Source of the DNA: Pelagomonas calceolata
Lineage: Eukaryota
Assembly: GCA_918797485.1 (NCBI GenBank)
Contig: CAKKNE010000002.1
Location: 186,001 to 250,000 of the forward strand
DNA length: 64,000 bases
Reading direction: 5' to 3'
Of the stretch, positions 33,629 through 45,501 are shown one piece after another. Numbering within the stretch: position 1 is the first letter of the stretch; each line of letters begins with the position of its first letter. The translations under genes and the position numbers were made by a program. The notes beneath the pieces are model-generated. The model saw only the letters and a list, made by a program, of their open reading frames with translations, searched no databases and was not told where the DNA came from.

Positions 33629-34358
33629 ATGTAGTATTAAACGCCTTCGTGCGAGGAGAGAGGCGCTATGTCTCGGTCACCCCAGCTTGTCGGTTTTTCT
33701 GGCCAACTTGAACTCAGGCTTGACTAGAAGGCTTGACTCGGAAACTTGACTCGGAACGTTGATATCAAATACTCTCCGAGTCAGCTAATCAAATACTATA
33801 TATACCGAGCAGCCTGAGGGAGAAGGCTCTTCGGATCTTGTTCCCTTTTTAGGCCCGGGTCTTCCTTAATTTATTTATCATGATGTAATTATTTATGGAT
33901 TTATCCTTATTTTATTCAACTTATAGTAGGGGTTTCCCAATGTTACAGCACCATCATTTTCATTACGATTAACGGTACAATGAAGTGAACTTACTTTAGG
34001 TTCACCCCGGTGTTTTTACGGCGCCTACTTAGCGCCGGGCTTGATCCACTTGGATAAGCAGAAAGATACGGGATATAGGGAAATATCAGCTCCGGGCACA
34101 TGTCGGCTGATATAGCGTGCTGATAGGCGAGAGTAATGTAGCCATAGATCCGGCGATAGGGGGCTATGGCGTTGCAGATATATATCTTGGGGAGTTTTCA
34201 CCTCAACAAGGCAGCGGTTCTAACGAGCCCGGCCGCGGTCACGTGACTTGAGTGGGGGACTGTCCGTGGTCTATGCCATAGTAGTATGTTCGTGGTCTTC
34301 AAAAACCGCTGGCATTTACTAGAATTATCTAAACTTGAAGTAACTTGAAGCGGTGAAC

Positions 34359-35300
34359 TTACCCAGCGGGGCAGCGTTCTCTCCGAACGAACGCCATCTC
34401 CAGGACCCCGTGGGATTTGGGCGCGTGTTCCTCGGCGAAGAGCTCGTAACCATTCCTAGTGAGGAATACAAGCAGGTCGTGCGCTTCCCGAAGCCGCACC
34501 GTCTTGTCACACCTCTTGCAGTGCGCGGCGAAGATTGCGTGCACCTCAACGGCGATTTGTTCGATGCACACGCCGTCGTCGAACCAGTGCCGGTACGTCC
34601 CGAATTCACAACCCTCGCAGTCTATTTTGAGGACGTTGACGACGCGTCCACCTGCGGGGTGACATCTCTTAGCTCCGTTCGACGGGACGTAGAGCCACGC
34701 GGGGGGGCCGCGAGCGATGTCTGAGAGGTGCATCGTGCGATTGGCTTGATTCGCCGCCCGTGCCTTGTTGCACTCCGCGCCCTCGTCCTCGCCGTCCAGC
34801 CCGCCGCAGAGCAGTTTGTCGTGGAAGAAAAGAGTACCAGCGGCATGCCGCTCCTCCGCCTTCGCCCGCAAGTCCGGTCGCGCCCCCATCGTCCCATCGA
34901 TGGTGTGGATCTCAACCCGTGGCTCCAATGCGCGGATCGCGTCCTCGAATGTAAAAATGCCGTTTGAGCCGACCGAGATGACCAGAGGGCTCGCAGAGGC
35001 GCGGAGGCACGCTGGCAAGTCGCACAACCGCTTGCCGTCGAGCCTGGCAGTGGCTGGGTAGCGATGGAGCCGCTGGCAGCGTAGCGTCGGGTGCCAGTGT
35101 CGTTGAAAATACGCCGAGACGACATTGTGAGCCCCCGGCGGGAGGTGGTCGTACGGCTGCGTGCGATTATAAAAGCCTTGAAGGCGCGCGTGATGTTCCG
35201 CGGCTTTGTCGAGGGGGGCACCGCGGATGTGCTCCAGGCACGCCGCCCTGCACCCGGGCAGGATTGCCAAGTTCAGGAGAGCCAAGCGGGAGAGCAGCAT
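34359..35300 (-). CDS. METTL24/Methyltransf_22-like methyltransferase
   Basis: DGKRLC, VISVGSNGIFTFE, EIHTID, VLKIDCEGCEF, QIAVEVH. Confidence 0.8.
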   Translation of the reverse strand: MLLSRLALLNLAILPGCRAACLEHIRGAPLDKAAEHHARLQGFYNRTQPYDHLPPGAHNVVSAYFQRHWHPTLRCQRLHRYPATARLDGKRLCDLPACLRASASPLVISVGSNGIFTFEDAIRALEPRVEIHTIDGTMGARPDLRAKAEERHAAGTLFFHDKLLCGGLDGEDEGAECNKARAANQANRTMHLSDIARGPPAWLYVPSNGAKRCHPAGGRVVNVLKIDCEGCEFGTYRHWFDDGVCIEQIAVEVHAIFAAHCKRCDKTVRLREAHDLLVFLTRNGYELFAEEHAPKSHGVLEMAFVRRERCPAG

Positions 35301-35460
35301 TTCGGCTGCCAGTTGTTGTGTGTGGAATGATAAGTTAGGCCGGTCAGACAGGACCTATCATCTCCAAAGTCTGTTTCCACTACTGTCGATATGTATCATA
35401 CCGTAGGTACACCTGTACGCGATGGTACGAGATGGTTGCTGTTTCCGATGTCACACACTA

Positions 35461-37015
35461 ATGGTCCAGCGACTGATATTCCCATTGCTGCTTGGGGTGC
35501 TTCCGTCACTCAACACAGGGCTTCCATTCTTCGGGAGCTCAGGTGGTAAGCCCCGCCCGGCGCCAAAGTGCGCCGAGACCCAAGCGGACAATGGCACGAT
35601 CGTCAACCCGCTCTCCTGGCAGCTGAAGTATGTGAACGAGACCGAGACGCTTCGGGACGTGGCGGCGCGCCTCGCTACGCTCGACGCCGCGCGCCGGAGG
35701 ATCATGGGCTCAAATAGCTTGCGGTCTCAAATCCCCTGCAATTTTGGCAAGGTCAAAAATGCCTTCTGCGACAGCGTGAGGACCCCGGCGGCGCGAGCCG
35801 CGCACGCAACACTCGCACGCAAAGTTGAGCTGGCCCTCGACCGCCCAGTCGTCTTCTACCGCCACGAGGGCGATTGTGTTCAAGGCCGCCGTCGTCTCCA
35901 GGGCCGCCGTCGTCTTCTTGACGACAGCAAGGAGTGCCCTGGTAGCTTCGGTGGATCCATTGGCAACCACGTCGGGAACTACTTCCGCGCAAGAGCGTGC
36001 GCGCGGATGGGGGGCATGGACTTTGTCTTCTTGCGGTTTCTCCACGCGTGTCCCCACGAACCCTACGTCTGGCTGCCGGCCGTCGTGGCCACATCCGCCG
36101 CCGCGCAGCCCGAGGCAACCGCCTTTGCGCACGGGTACACGGCCGCCTGCACGAACAACCAGCCGTGGATCCACATGTCGCCTAGCTGGATCCCCGCCGC
36201 GCGCCAGGGCGGTCTCGACATCCGACGCATGACGGCCGCTTGGGCGGAGCGCGAGGGCTTCCCCGGTGACGCGCCCCTCGACGACGTCGCCATTCACCTC
36301 CGCTGCGGCGACGCGCTAACGCAGGCCCACGGGCAATACGGACTCCTCCATTTCGGAGCCCTCGCGGAATTCGTGCCGAGGACGCGACCGTCGACGGTCG
36401 GCCTCATCTCGGAGCCGTACAAGAGCTTCTGCGCGGAAGGCGAGGCCGGGGCCCGTGCCGGCCTCCCAGAGAAGCGCTCGGAGCACTCGGCCCGGTGGTG
36501 CAGCTGCCCCTGTGCGGCCGTGGTCGATGCGCTTGTCGACGCGCTCAAGGTTCTGCGGCCGCTCGCATGAGTCAGTGTTGATACATGCGGGCCTATTCGA
36601 ACTCAGCTTAATTTCCGCACAGGCGACGGTGACGGTCCACGAACGCGACCTGGTCATGGCGTCGTGGCACCGCCTTGCAAACGCGCCGACGGCTTCGATA
36701 TGTATTAGTTCGACGTTTTGCATGTGGCCCGTGCTCGGCGCGCGCCACGGATATTTCATGCAGGGCCCCCTCTTTCCGCGTGCTGACGAGATATCCGATA
36801 AAGTTCCGACCCTGGGTATCATCAAGAGCCCCGGTCTTGTTTCCTACCATACCATCGGCACGAAAAACCTCAAACGGTGCGGCACGTCGGTCGCGACGAT
36901 GCGACGCGCCATCGCCCAGCGGCTGATGCCCAAGGGCGCTCAGCTCTCCGCAAACGCGACTCAAGCCGTTACGATCCGCGGGGCTACGTTGCCACCCGCG
37001 GACGGCGTCTGGTGA
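35461..37015 (+). CDS. Putative fucosyltransferase-like (GT11-like) secreted protein; intron ending at 36622
   Basis: IGNHVGNY, VAIHLRCGD, then ICISSTFCMWP after a phase-0 intron (donor 36550 GT or 36565 GC). Confidence 0.6.
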
Positions 37016-37742
37016 ATTTCAAATAAATTGAAATAACTACTAGTCCGACGGCCTGGTGTTGGAGAGTGGTTCTGGACGTGGTTCGTCGAGGAATGGTGCG
37101 TTGTATTTGCGAAACCTCGCGCTTTCCTGTCGCACGTGGTTTGAGCCTCGAAGGTCATTGCAACTTCTTAATGGGTGACGTTTTACCTCACGAGACTGAG
37201 AATACTGTGTATAGATACCTTATTGCTATTTCGAAGCTCCGGTTGGGCATCCTGACCGAGCAGGGAGAAGGCTCTTAGGATGGTGGTCGAGGAGCTCCAA
37301 ATTTCTGAGCATAAGGCGAAGAATAGCGAAGCCCGTCGGTTCCTTCTGGACCAAGCTAACCTTCGGTACCTTTTTTCGTACTGTCCGCCCGAAATCAGGA
37401 ACGTCTGTGACGCCTACTTCATTAATCCGAGGGTCGCGGACCTCAGAAACTTCACAGGAAGGTCCCGTCGTCCGGCCGGTCGCTAGCACCCGCGAGTGTT
37501 CTCCCGCAGGGCACGGTTAGCCCGCCCAACATGGCCGGGGCCTTCACTAGTCTTGTAACGTATGTATGTGTAGTAGAAATAGGAGTCCGAGGCCTCTACT
37601 AGACACTACTTGATCCGAGTCGGCGAGGTCGGATCCGAGTCTCAATTTTTAGTGCCCGGGCATCGGGTCTGCGAATAAGGGTCTATACACGACAGGCTAC
37701 AATGCGGGCCGGCGGCATTCCGATCTTGAGCACAAGACACGA

Positions 37743-39533
37743 TCAGGTCTTCAACCACGACGGCTTCCCACGCTTCTTGCCGGTACCGCCGGCGGCCAGC
37801 GGGCCGGCGGCCTCGCAACCACCACCTGGCACGACGGGAAGCGACTCGGGGACGGCGTCCTCGGCCGCGTCGCAGTCCATGCGCCTCAGGCTTGCTTCAG
37901 ATAGCACGTCAGCGGAAGAACTGTGGCCGCCGGCAAAGCTAATAAAGACCCGCGCGGCTGGCACCAACCCGAGGTCCAGCAGGCTTGCGGTCCCGTCGCG
38001 CGGGAGGTCCCTCCGCGGCGGCGCCGCGAAGAGCGAGAAGACGAGGCCCGGCCGGACCGCTGCGGCGACGACTGCGTAAGCGGCGGAGCAGGGCTCGCGC
38101 GGATGGAAGCGCGCCGTGAGGCACGCTCGGTCGGGAAACTCGACCCTGAGCACGCAACGGTCGTAGACGCGCGTCTTTTCGAGCGCGGCGACGTCGCGCA
38201 TCGCCCGCGTCGTCAGCGGCGCGTCGTCGGCCTGGCGACGGGCGCGCTCTCGCGCGGCCGCCGCCCTTGCGACGACGCCCGCGTCCCCGCGCGGCATGTC
38301 GCCGGCTGCCGGCGCGGCCGCCGCCGCGCGCGCTGCCGCGGCCCGCGCCCCGGCGGCCACCGACACGATCCGAACTTCGCGGTCTGGTGCCGCGCAGGCG
38401 CCCTCGAGCGCCGCGGCCCGCTCCCGCAGCTCGCGCGCGCGGCGCTCGGCCTCGGATTCCGCCGGCGCCGCGGGCCCCGCCGGCCCGCCGCGCAGGTCAA
38501 CGCGATGCGTCGCGAACGGGTCGAAGGCCGGCGCCGGAGCCCCCGGCGCAGCGAGCGGGCGGAGCATGTCGAGCGCGCGGGTCAGACGTGCGGCGTCGCG
38601 CGCGCCGGCGTCGCACAGCACGAGCCAGGGCTCGCCGCCGCGCCGTTCCTCGTGGAATCCGAGAGCGGAGAGCACCGCGACGCCGCCGGCGGGCGCGACG
38701 CGGCCCGCAAACGCCGCGTTCCCGGCGCGGATCGCGCGCACGCGAGGGAGGCTCGGTTGGCGGAGGACCGCCTCCACGTACTTGAGGAGGACCACAGCAC
38801 AGTCGCGGCCCGCCGGACCCGCGGCCGCCACCCCAGCAACGGCGTCGGGAAGCGGGTCGCGGAGCGGCGGCGAGGGCGCGGGCGGCGGCGGCGCGGACGG
38901 CGGCTGCGGCGCTGCGGGTTGTGGCGGCTCTGTGGGCGACGCAACGATTGGCCTCGCCGCCGCCGCCGCCGCAACGGCGGGTGCCGCCTCGTCGCGCGGC
39001 CGCTTCTCGGGCGGCGCGGCGCCATCGGCGAGCGCTCCCAATTCCACGTGGAGGCGCACGGCCGCGCCGCCGCCGTAGCCGAGGTCCCCGAGCGTCCGCC
39101 CGAGGTCCTCGCCCGCGAATCGATCCCGCATGACCCGGACCGTCGGCGCGCGGCGCAGCGGGTCCGGCGGCGCGGCGCCCTCGGCCACCAGGCGCTCGAC
39201 GACCGCGGCCAGCGACGTGCCCGCGTCGACCGCGAACGACACGGTCCGCGGCGCCGAGCCCATGTGCGAGACCGCCGCGGCGACGCGGACGGCGCCGCCG
39301 CCGCCGGCCGCCCGGCGGACGAGCTCCAGCTCGCAATTGTTGGAGAGCCCGGTATGGGCCCAAGCCGTGGCGTCGGGGACGTCCGCGCGCCGGCCCCGCG
39401 TCGTCCGCAGGCCGAACGAGCCCTCGAGCCCAAAGTGGGCCTTGGCCCGTGCCACTACTTCTCTGACGGCGACGTGCGCCGAGCCTAACGCGATCTTGGC
39501 GCGCCGGCCCTGGTGCGTCACTGTGACGCTCAT
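37743..39533 (-). CDS. TUG/ASPL-like p97 adaptor with UBL, PUB and UBX domains
   Basis: N-terminal UBL; PUB-like LLKYVEAVLRQPS..RAIRAGNAAF..LSALGF; UBX LRVEFPDR..FHPRE, LLDLGLVPAA; terminal KPSWLK. Confidence 0.8.
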   Translation of the reverse strand: MSVTVTHQGRRAKIALGSAHVAVREVVARAKAHFGLEGSFGLRTTRGRRADVPDATAWAHTGLSNNCELELVRRAAGGGGAVRVAAAVSHMGSAPRTVSFAVDAGTSLAAVVERLVAEGAAPPDPLRRAPTVRVMRDRFAGEDLGRTLGDLGYGGGAAVRLHVELGALADGAAPPEKRPRDEAAPAVAAAAAARPIVASPTEPPQPAAPQPPSAPPPPAPSPPLRDPLPDAVAGVAAAGPAGRDCAVVLLKYVEAVLRQPSLPRVRAIRAGNAAFAGRVAPAGGVAVLSALGFHEERRGGEPWLVLCDAGARDAARLTRALDMLRPLAAPGAPAPAFDPFATHRVDLRGGPAGPAAPAESEAERRARELRERAAALEGACAAPDREVRIVSVAAGARAAAARAAAAAPAAGDMPRGDAGVVARAAAARERARRQADDAPLTTRAMRDVAALEKTRVYDRCVLRVEFPDRACLTARFHPREPCSAAYAVVAAAVRPGLVFSLFAAPPRRDLPRDGTASLLDLGLVPAARVFISFAGGHSSSADVLSEASLRRMDCDAAEDAVPESLPVVPGGGCEAAGPLAAGGTGKKRGKPSWLKT

Positions 39534-39988
39534 GGGGGCGGTAGCGCTGGTGATACAGCCGTCGCTGAAAAGCCGTTTTTGGTCGAGCGCCTCTACAGCC
39601 CGGGGCGATTTTTTTTTAGGGCACGGTTTTAGGCATCCCGGCTAGCGGCTGTAAGACACTAGCAAGTCCAGCCGCTCTCGGCCCCGGGCCGGATAGTTCT
39701 GGGCTTATGGAGACTCGTCCGAGTCATGATCGATCAAAACGAGGCTTAAGTTTAAAAGTCTTAATGATTGACATATAGATAGGCCGCCTATGATGAAAAA
39801 AGTCGGTCATTCCGATGATTCTGACTTTTGCCATCCTCGATTCCGATTCCGATTCCGATTCCGATTCTGGAATTATGGACCATACTCGGACTACCCCCTA
39901 TCTGAGTGATACAGTCTGACACCGGGCGTCCCGCCCGTGGGCACCACTTGGGCTGCCCATCAGCTCGAGCACAAAAGAGGAGTCTAAA

Positions 39989-42116
39989 ATGCGCTGCCTC
40001 TGCGTGGCCGTCCTGCTAGGCAGCGCGGTGGCCGATGATTTCAGAGAACACCTCGCGCGGCTGCGGCAGCGGGCCATCGATGCAAAGCACGAGCGGCAGC
40101 AGCCACCGCCAACGCCCCTGGCGCCCGGCGTGGGTCGCAACCGAACGCGTCACGATTCCCAACGTCGACGGCCGCCTGCGACGCGGAGACAGCGCTCGCC
40201 AGAGGCTCGTCCGAACGTGCTCTTCCTCCTCGCAGACGACCTCGCGAAGAGCGCGATCTCGGCCTACGAGAGCCACCTCGCCCGGGACCTTCGGACGCCG
40301 CGGATCGATTCGATTGCTAAAGAGGGCGCGCTGTTTACCAACGCCTTCGTGCCGAACTCGCTTTGCACGCCGAGCCGACTGACGATACTGACGGGCCTCC
40401 ACGCGCACGAGTCCGGAGTCAGGACACTGTCGGGCACTGCCAGCGGCCCCTTTAACCATATCACTGGCAGCGGCCCGGGCCGCTGGAAGCATGTCGCGGC
40501 GGGCGCTCAGTCCTACCCCGCGGTCCTTCGCGCTGCGGGCTACGCGACGGCCCAGGCGGGCAAGTTTGCCGCTGGATTCGAGCACATCGGCGCTGCTGCG
40601 TTCGCCCACTTTCGACCTTTCCGCGAATTAACGTACCGCGACACGGCGTTCTGCGCGGGGTGGCCGGCCGCGTGCCGCCCACTACCACAGCGTCGGGGCC
40701 TGTGTGGAAATCAACCAGTGTGTCGGGTGCACCCGACAATTCTTCACTAAGTCATTTCTCGGCGATGACGTGGCCGACCTGGCTCGGTCGAGCGGCGAGG
40801 AACCGACATCGCCACGCCATCGAGCAGGCGTCGCGTCGATGGCGTGGAGGACGACGCGATGATTCAGCACGAACGAGCCGTAAAATTTTGATTTCCACAC
40901 AGGTCGGGGCCTCGAGTCCGCCGCGATCGCCGCCGAGCTCGAAGCCTGGATAGCGGCGCAGACTGGACCGTTTTATGCCGAGGCCGACTTCTACGCGGCA
41001 CATGACCCCTGGGGCTCGGACCCTTCCGACCGCGCAAAGTTCGTGGCGACGCATTTCGCCGAGCCGGCGAGTCTCTACCACGAGTGGGGCGGCGCCGGTG
41101 CGGCCGGCCACGTCCGCGCGGCGGCCGAGGCCGCGCGCCGCCACCATGCTGGCCTGTTCGACTACAAGCTGGGACCCACGCGCGCATACAGATGCCGCGG
41201 CTGCCTCGTGTCACAGGCCGTGCAGAAGCTCTCCGCGGAGAATCTCCGTCGACTCAAGAGGCCGCCGGAGGACGCCGTCGCGCGGCGGAACGCGACCTAC
41301 CAGGCCATCGCCACGGTGTATTCGCGAACGGTCCTCGGGCTCGACCGCGCCGTCGGCCGACTCCTCGACGCCGTCGAGCCCGCGCGCCACTCGACGGTCG
41401 TCGTCTTTGCGAGCGACCAGGGCATCTTCCTCGGCGAACACGGCCGCATCGACAAGCGCCTGGCGTACGAAGAGGCCATGGCTTTCCCGCTGATTATTCG
41501 GTACCCGCCCCTCGTGCGGCCCGGGTCGAGCGTCGACGCGCTCGTCGCGTCGTTCGACGTCGGCCTGACGGTCCTCGACCTCGCCGGCGCCGCGTACCCG
41601 GAGAGATACGCGGCGCGCCTGCCAGGTTCTTCTCTCGTGCCGCTCCTACGCGGTGATACCGGCGGCCCGCGGACCGCCCACTACTACCGCTACTTTCAGC
41701 ACGCCGCGGCAGTACCGGGCCACGTCGCTGTCCGCGCGGGCGGGCTCAAGCTCATATTCTGGTACGCGCACGACTGCAGCCACGTCATCCGCGACGACGA
41801 CGCGACGCGGCCGCCGCGCCCTCGCAAGTCTCGCGGCGCTTGGAACGGCACTGCCGTGCCGCTCGTCGACGACGCTTGGGAGCTCTTCGACCTCGAGGCC
41901 GACCCGGCGGAGATGCGGAACGTCTGGGCCACGCCCGCCTACCGCAGCCGGCGCTGCGAGGCACTCATTGCGCTCCTCGACGCCAAGCACGACGCGCGCG
42001 ACGACGACGAGCGGTACTGCCCCGAGGCCGTCCAGCAGGGCACCGCGCTTGGCGCGCCCGGGAGGAAGGGCCAAGTCACGGTCGGTGAGCTCTGTGGCAC
42101 CCGACGTCGCGCGTAG
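39989..42116 (+). CDS. Formylglycine-dependent sulfatase with an introner intron (40692-40902)
   Basis: PNVLFLLADD, CTPSR.TILTG, GYATAQAGK; spliced frame gives PFY...AHDPW; SDQG.FLGEHG..DKR..YEE, ELFDLEADPAEMRN. Confidence 0.9.
40700..40902 (+). mobile_element. Introner copy 3 (203 bp)
   Basis: Perfect TIRs; perfect 8-bp TSD GTCGGGGC at 40692-40699 and 40903-40910; GT donor is the first two bases of the TSD. Confidence 0.95.
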
Positions 42117-42246
42117 ATCCGCCGATCCGATATTTTTCGGAAAACTCCAAAGCGGCGATGGTGGATTTATCCGGGTATTCATGCCAGTGGCAGTCTTAGT
42201 CTGCCAGTGCCCTTCAAGTTTTGTATTTATTAGGCCCGCCGGGAAT

Positions 42247-42742
42247 ACGGGGCCGGACCCCAAATTGGTGAGATTTTCAATTGATAGCCCGAACCCCGCG
42301 GTTTCGCCCGTTGGGGTCCCAGGGGCATCCTAAGCCCACAGCGACACTAGCTTGCCCCGAAGGTGCCCCCCTCGAGATGGGGTGAGGTGCCCAAAATGGC
42401 CTAACGTGCGGGTACACTCGCGGGTTTTCAGGGGGTGAAAATCAAAACTCGCTACTATGCTGGTGGTTTCCCCCTCGAAGTCCCCCTTGGTACCCACGGC
42501 GTCTGTAGGATGCGCAAACACGGCAAACTTTGGTGTATAGTTGCCCAAAAGGTCGCCTGACGCGGCACGAAACGCCACTGGTGCGACGTTCGCGTGGGGG
42601 CCCTTCCGGCCCCTCGCCTTTTTAGGGCTCCACACTCGGCCAGAATGTGGAGCATCCTCTGTCCATTCGCAGTAAGTTTCGGGGTTCGGGCTATTAAAGG
42701 GGCGGCGCTACAGCCCCCGATTTAATCGGGGTCCGGCCCCTT
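42247..42742. mobile_element. MITE with 8-bp TSD, containing a nested TA-flanked MITE (42287-42691)
   Basis: Outer IR GGGGCCGGACCCC (42249-42261) / GGGGTCCGGCCCC (42728-42740), TSD CCGGGAAT; inner TA|GCCCGAACCCCG...CGGGGTTCGGGC|TA. Confidence 0.7.
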
Positions 42743-43545
42743 CCGGGAATGTTAACTCTCGAAGCACAAACAGTTTTTTTAGCGTCGCACCCGCGCGGCT
42801 CGGCGCCCCCCGCGGAGCCGCGGAGCCGCGTCGGCAGGAGCTTGGGCGCAGTCCCCGACGCGTCACACGACTCGGGGAAGCTGCACGCGCACGGCCCCGG
42901 TGGCGGGAGGCGCCGGAACGTCAGTGACACGCGGCGGCCGCGAAGGCGCCATTCGCCGTCGACGAGATCCCCCTTGCGGGACACGATGCCGTGCGTGTAG
43001 ACGTAGCGCGCGGCGCCCGACAGGACCAGCGCGGACCGCGGCGGCAACCAGAGCGTGTGGATCGGCGCGCCCGCTTCGTGCCGCCGATTCCGCTGCAGCC
43101 GGATCGCACATCCGGCGCCCAGCGTCACGGCCACGAGGCCGTCGCCGAAAGCACCGTGCGCGTCGATATGAGGCGAGATACCCTGGCCGGGCAGGTACTC
43201 GTTCACCGTGCATTGGAGGTCACCGTCGCGGCCGCCGTCCGCGCCCCAGCACACGGGCCGGATCCGCTCAGCGAGGCGAATAAACGCGGGGGGCGGGGGC
43301 TCAGCGACGGGCACGCACGTCTTTGTGCTGTACGCGAAGCGGTGTCCGTAGTGCTGCACGCGTCTGGACAAGGAGCGGTCCCAGCGCCCCTCGTCGACGA
43401 GCGCGAGCAAGTCTGTCTCTTCGTCCTCCGAGACCGCGTCCAAAACGAGGCGTACGCCGTCGCTCTGCAGCGTCGCGTTGACGGCGCGCTGTGCTGGGCG
43501 CACGCCACGGATGATGTCTTGAGGAGGCGTCTGGAGCCCGGTCAT
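42694..43545 (-). CDS. AlkB-family 2OG-Fe(II) dioxygenase, similar to the ALKBH8 AlkB domain
   Basis: RRVQHYG, QCTVNEYLPGQGISPHID, LPPRS, THGI..RK.D, RRVSLTFR, CxCxFPxxCD. Confidence 0.85.
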   Translation of the reverse strand: MTGLQTPPQDIIRGVRPAQRAVNATLQSDGVRLVLDAVSEDEETDLLALVDEGRWDRSLSRRVQHYGHRFAYSTKTCVPVAEPPPPAFIRLAERIRPVCWGADGGRDGDLQCTVNEYLPGQGISPHIDAHGAFGDGLVAVTLGAGCAIRLQRNRRHEAGAPIHTLWLPPRSALVLSGAARYVYTHGIVSRKGDLVDGEWRLRGRRVSLTFRRLPPPGPCACSFPESCDASGTAPKLLPTRLRGSAGGAEPRGCDAKKTVCASRVNIPGRGRTPIKSGAVAPPL

Positions 43546-44400
43546 GAAGCTGGCGCTAAGGCAACTCGGTGATGGGCCATGCTAGGCATCCTAGGCGCGG
43601 CCCTTGCCTGGGCTGATAACACAGGTTGGTACGCAATACGCCTCGGGGCTTTACCATCAACACCAATGATTTCCTCTACTTCGTGCTCGACACTACCATC
43701 GTATTGCAGGATTTTTCGACGTGTATCTCGTTTTTTTTAGGGGAATTCCTAAGGTAGATAGTAATACTAGCTCCTTACCTAAGGTAGATAGCAGCGTACT
43801 AACGCAGATAGTAATTCCGCCTAAGGTCTTTTTACCGTTACTTTGTACCATCGCCTTGTCACGGTGCCCTAAGGATCGCATCTACGCGGGCTGGCGCGTA
43901 GGCACATGGCCGATAGTACCTCACGTGCGTTAGACACGTGGGCCCATAACCTGCAAAGCACCGTACCGTTTAGGACGGGAGCACAGGGTATGTGAGGTTT
44001 GCATCTTATAATTGTCTCCCCAATAGTACATAATTTCCTTAATGTGATTTAGTGCAAATAACATAGTGAATTTAGGCTGGCGTGGGCGATTCGTTGTGTG
44101 TAGGGTAAGTAAGTAGGTAAGTAAGGAGAATAGGAGTATTCACCGTACTATAGTTTGCAAGAATAGGCCTAGTGAATACGGTACGGTACCAGTAATAGTA
44201 CCGTAGGTATCTGGGCTTCACCCCTTTGAACTTTTGAAGCCAGTGAAGGGGTAGTTTGCAAGTGCTTCAGTAAATGATTTTGGCACAAAGACATTCCTGA
44301 CTCCGTAATCTTCGTGTGCCGCACTTTGAACAGCGGCAGTCATTGCTTTCTCTACCGTGGTACTGCGGCAGAACCTGCGCTGCTGCCCAAAGAGACAATT

Positions 44401-45501
44401 ATGTCAGGTGGACAGTCCTTGCGGTGTCTCGTCGGCGCCTCGATGGTCGCTTTAGCCGCAGCAAAGTTTAGCTCATCCGTAGTAGCCTCCCGGGGCTGGA
44501 ACGCCTGGACGCATCCAGGACGGTGGTTGGAACGGGTCATGCGGGACAAGCCCGATGGTTACATCATCAACTTCGGGGCGCACCTCAACCTGAACGCGCC
44601 GCGGACCATGTACTTTGACCCTGTAAGTGTGTGGCAGCGCAAAAAGACCGCACGCGGCCTCGCAGTAGACGCGGATGACGACATGAAATGGACCGGTCCC
44701 GGCGTCGCGCGACGGACCACGTTCATTGAGCCCGCCGGAGTCGCTGCACTCTTAAATGAGACGCGCACGCCCCCAAAACCCCGGTTACTCAAGGTTGACA
44801 TCGACTCATTCGACGCCGTCGTGGTGATTGCCGTCCTCGAAGTGCGGTCTCCGGACTTCGTGTACGTCGAGATCAACGAGCGTGCACCGCCGCCAACTTG
44901 CTATTGCAACGATCGCACGTCGCCGCGGAGCTGGCGCCGACTCGCTAACGACGCATACGGCTGCTCTCTCCAGGGCTATGTAAACGCGCTCGCGCCGCGG
45001 GGCTACGCGCTCGTTGGGGTCGCATTCAATAACGCGCTCTTCGTGCGCCGCGACCTGGCGGTCGAGGTGGCGCAAGACATCGGGGGGCGGCTGCCGACCG
45101 CCGCTGAGGCGTTCGCCGCTGGCTACGCCAAGCGCCCGGACCGCGACGCTGTCTTTCCGTGGAACGTGAAGAAGAAAATATTCTACGACGATCAGCTGCC
45201 TCTCGACGTACGTCTCGACGCGATGGAACACTATCCGTCCTTCGCGCTCTCGGTAGACGCAAATCAGGCCACCTTTGTGCGTGAGGCCGACGACTCTTTC
45301 CCGTGTCGATCGGCAGTCCCAGAGACGCATTCGCCGCACCACGAGCTATTCCGGTCCCTTGCAGACGGCACGACTAACCACAGCCGACAGTATGTCGCCG
45401 CCGTGCACGATGTCCTCTACGGCAAGGGGCCTGCGGCAGACCAGCGCGCCAAGGCCCGGGACAGACGAGGCAAGGGCGCGAACGCGGGAGCCGTTGTGTA
45501 G
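44401..45501 (+). CDS. FkbM-like methyltransferase
   Basis: Signal peptide; GLAVD, LLKVDIDSFD, VEIN..APP, YGCSL, NALFVR. Confidence 0.75.
   Translation: MSGGQSLRCLVGASMVALAAAKFSSSVVASRGWNAWTHPGRWLERVMRDKPDGYIINFGAHLNLNAPRTMYFDPVSVWQRKKTARGLAVDADDDMKWTGPGVARRTTFIEPAGVAALLNETRTPPKPRLLKVDIDSFDAVVVIAVLEVRSPDFVYVEINERAPPPTCYCNDRTSPRSWRRLANDAYGCSLQGYVNALAPRGYALVGVAFNNALFVRRDLAVEVAQDIGGRLPTAAEAFAAGYAKRPDRDAVFPWNVKKKIFYDDQLPLDVRLDAMEHYPSFALSVDANQATFVREADDSFPCRSAVPETHSPHHELFRSLADGTTNHSRQYVAAVHDVLYGKGPAADQRAKARDRRGKGANAGAVV

Noticed and set aside
36568..36570. TGA as possible selenocysteine
   Set aside because: The coding sequence resumes in a different frame; an intron ending at 36622 explains it
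39838..39867. (TTCCGA)n, and the (TTAA)n tract near 62975-63002
   Set aside because: Short microsatellites, not telomeric arrays
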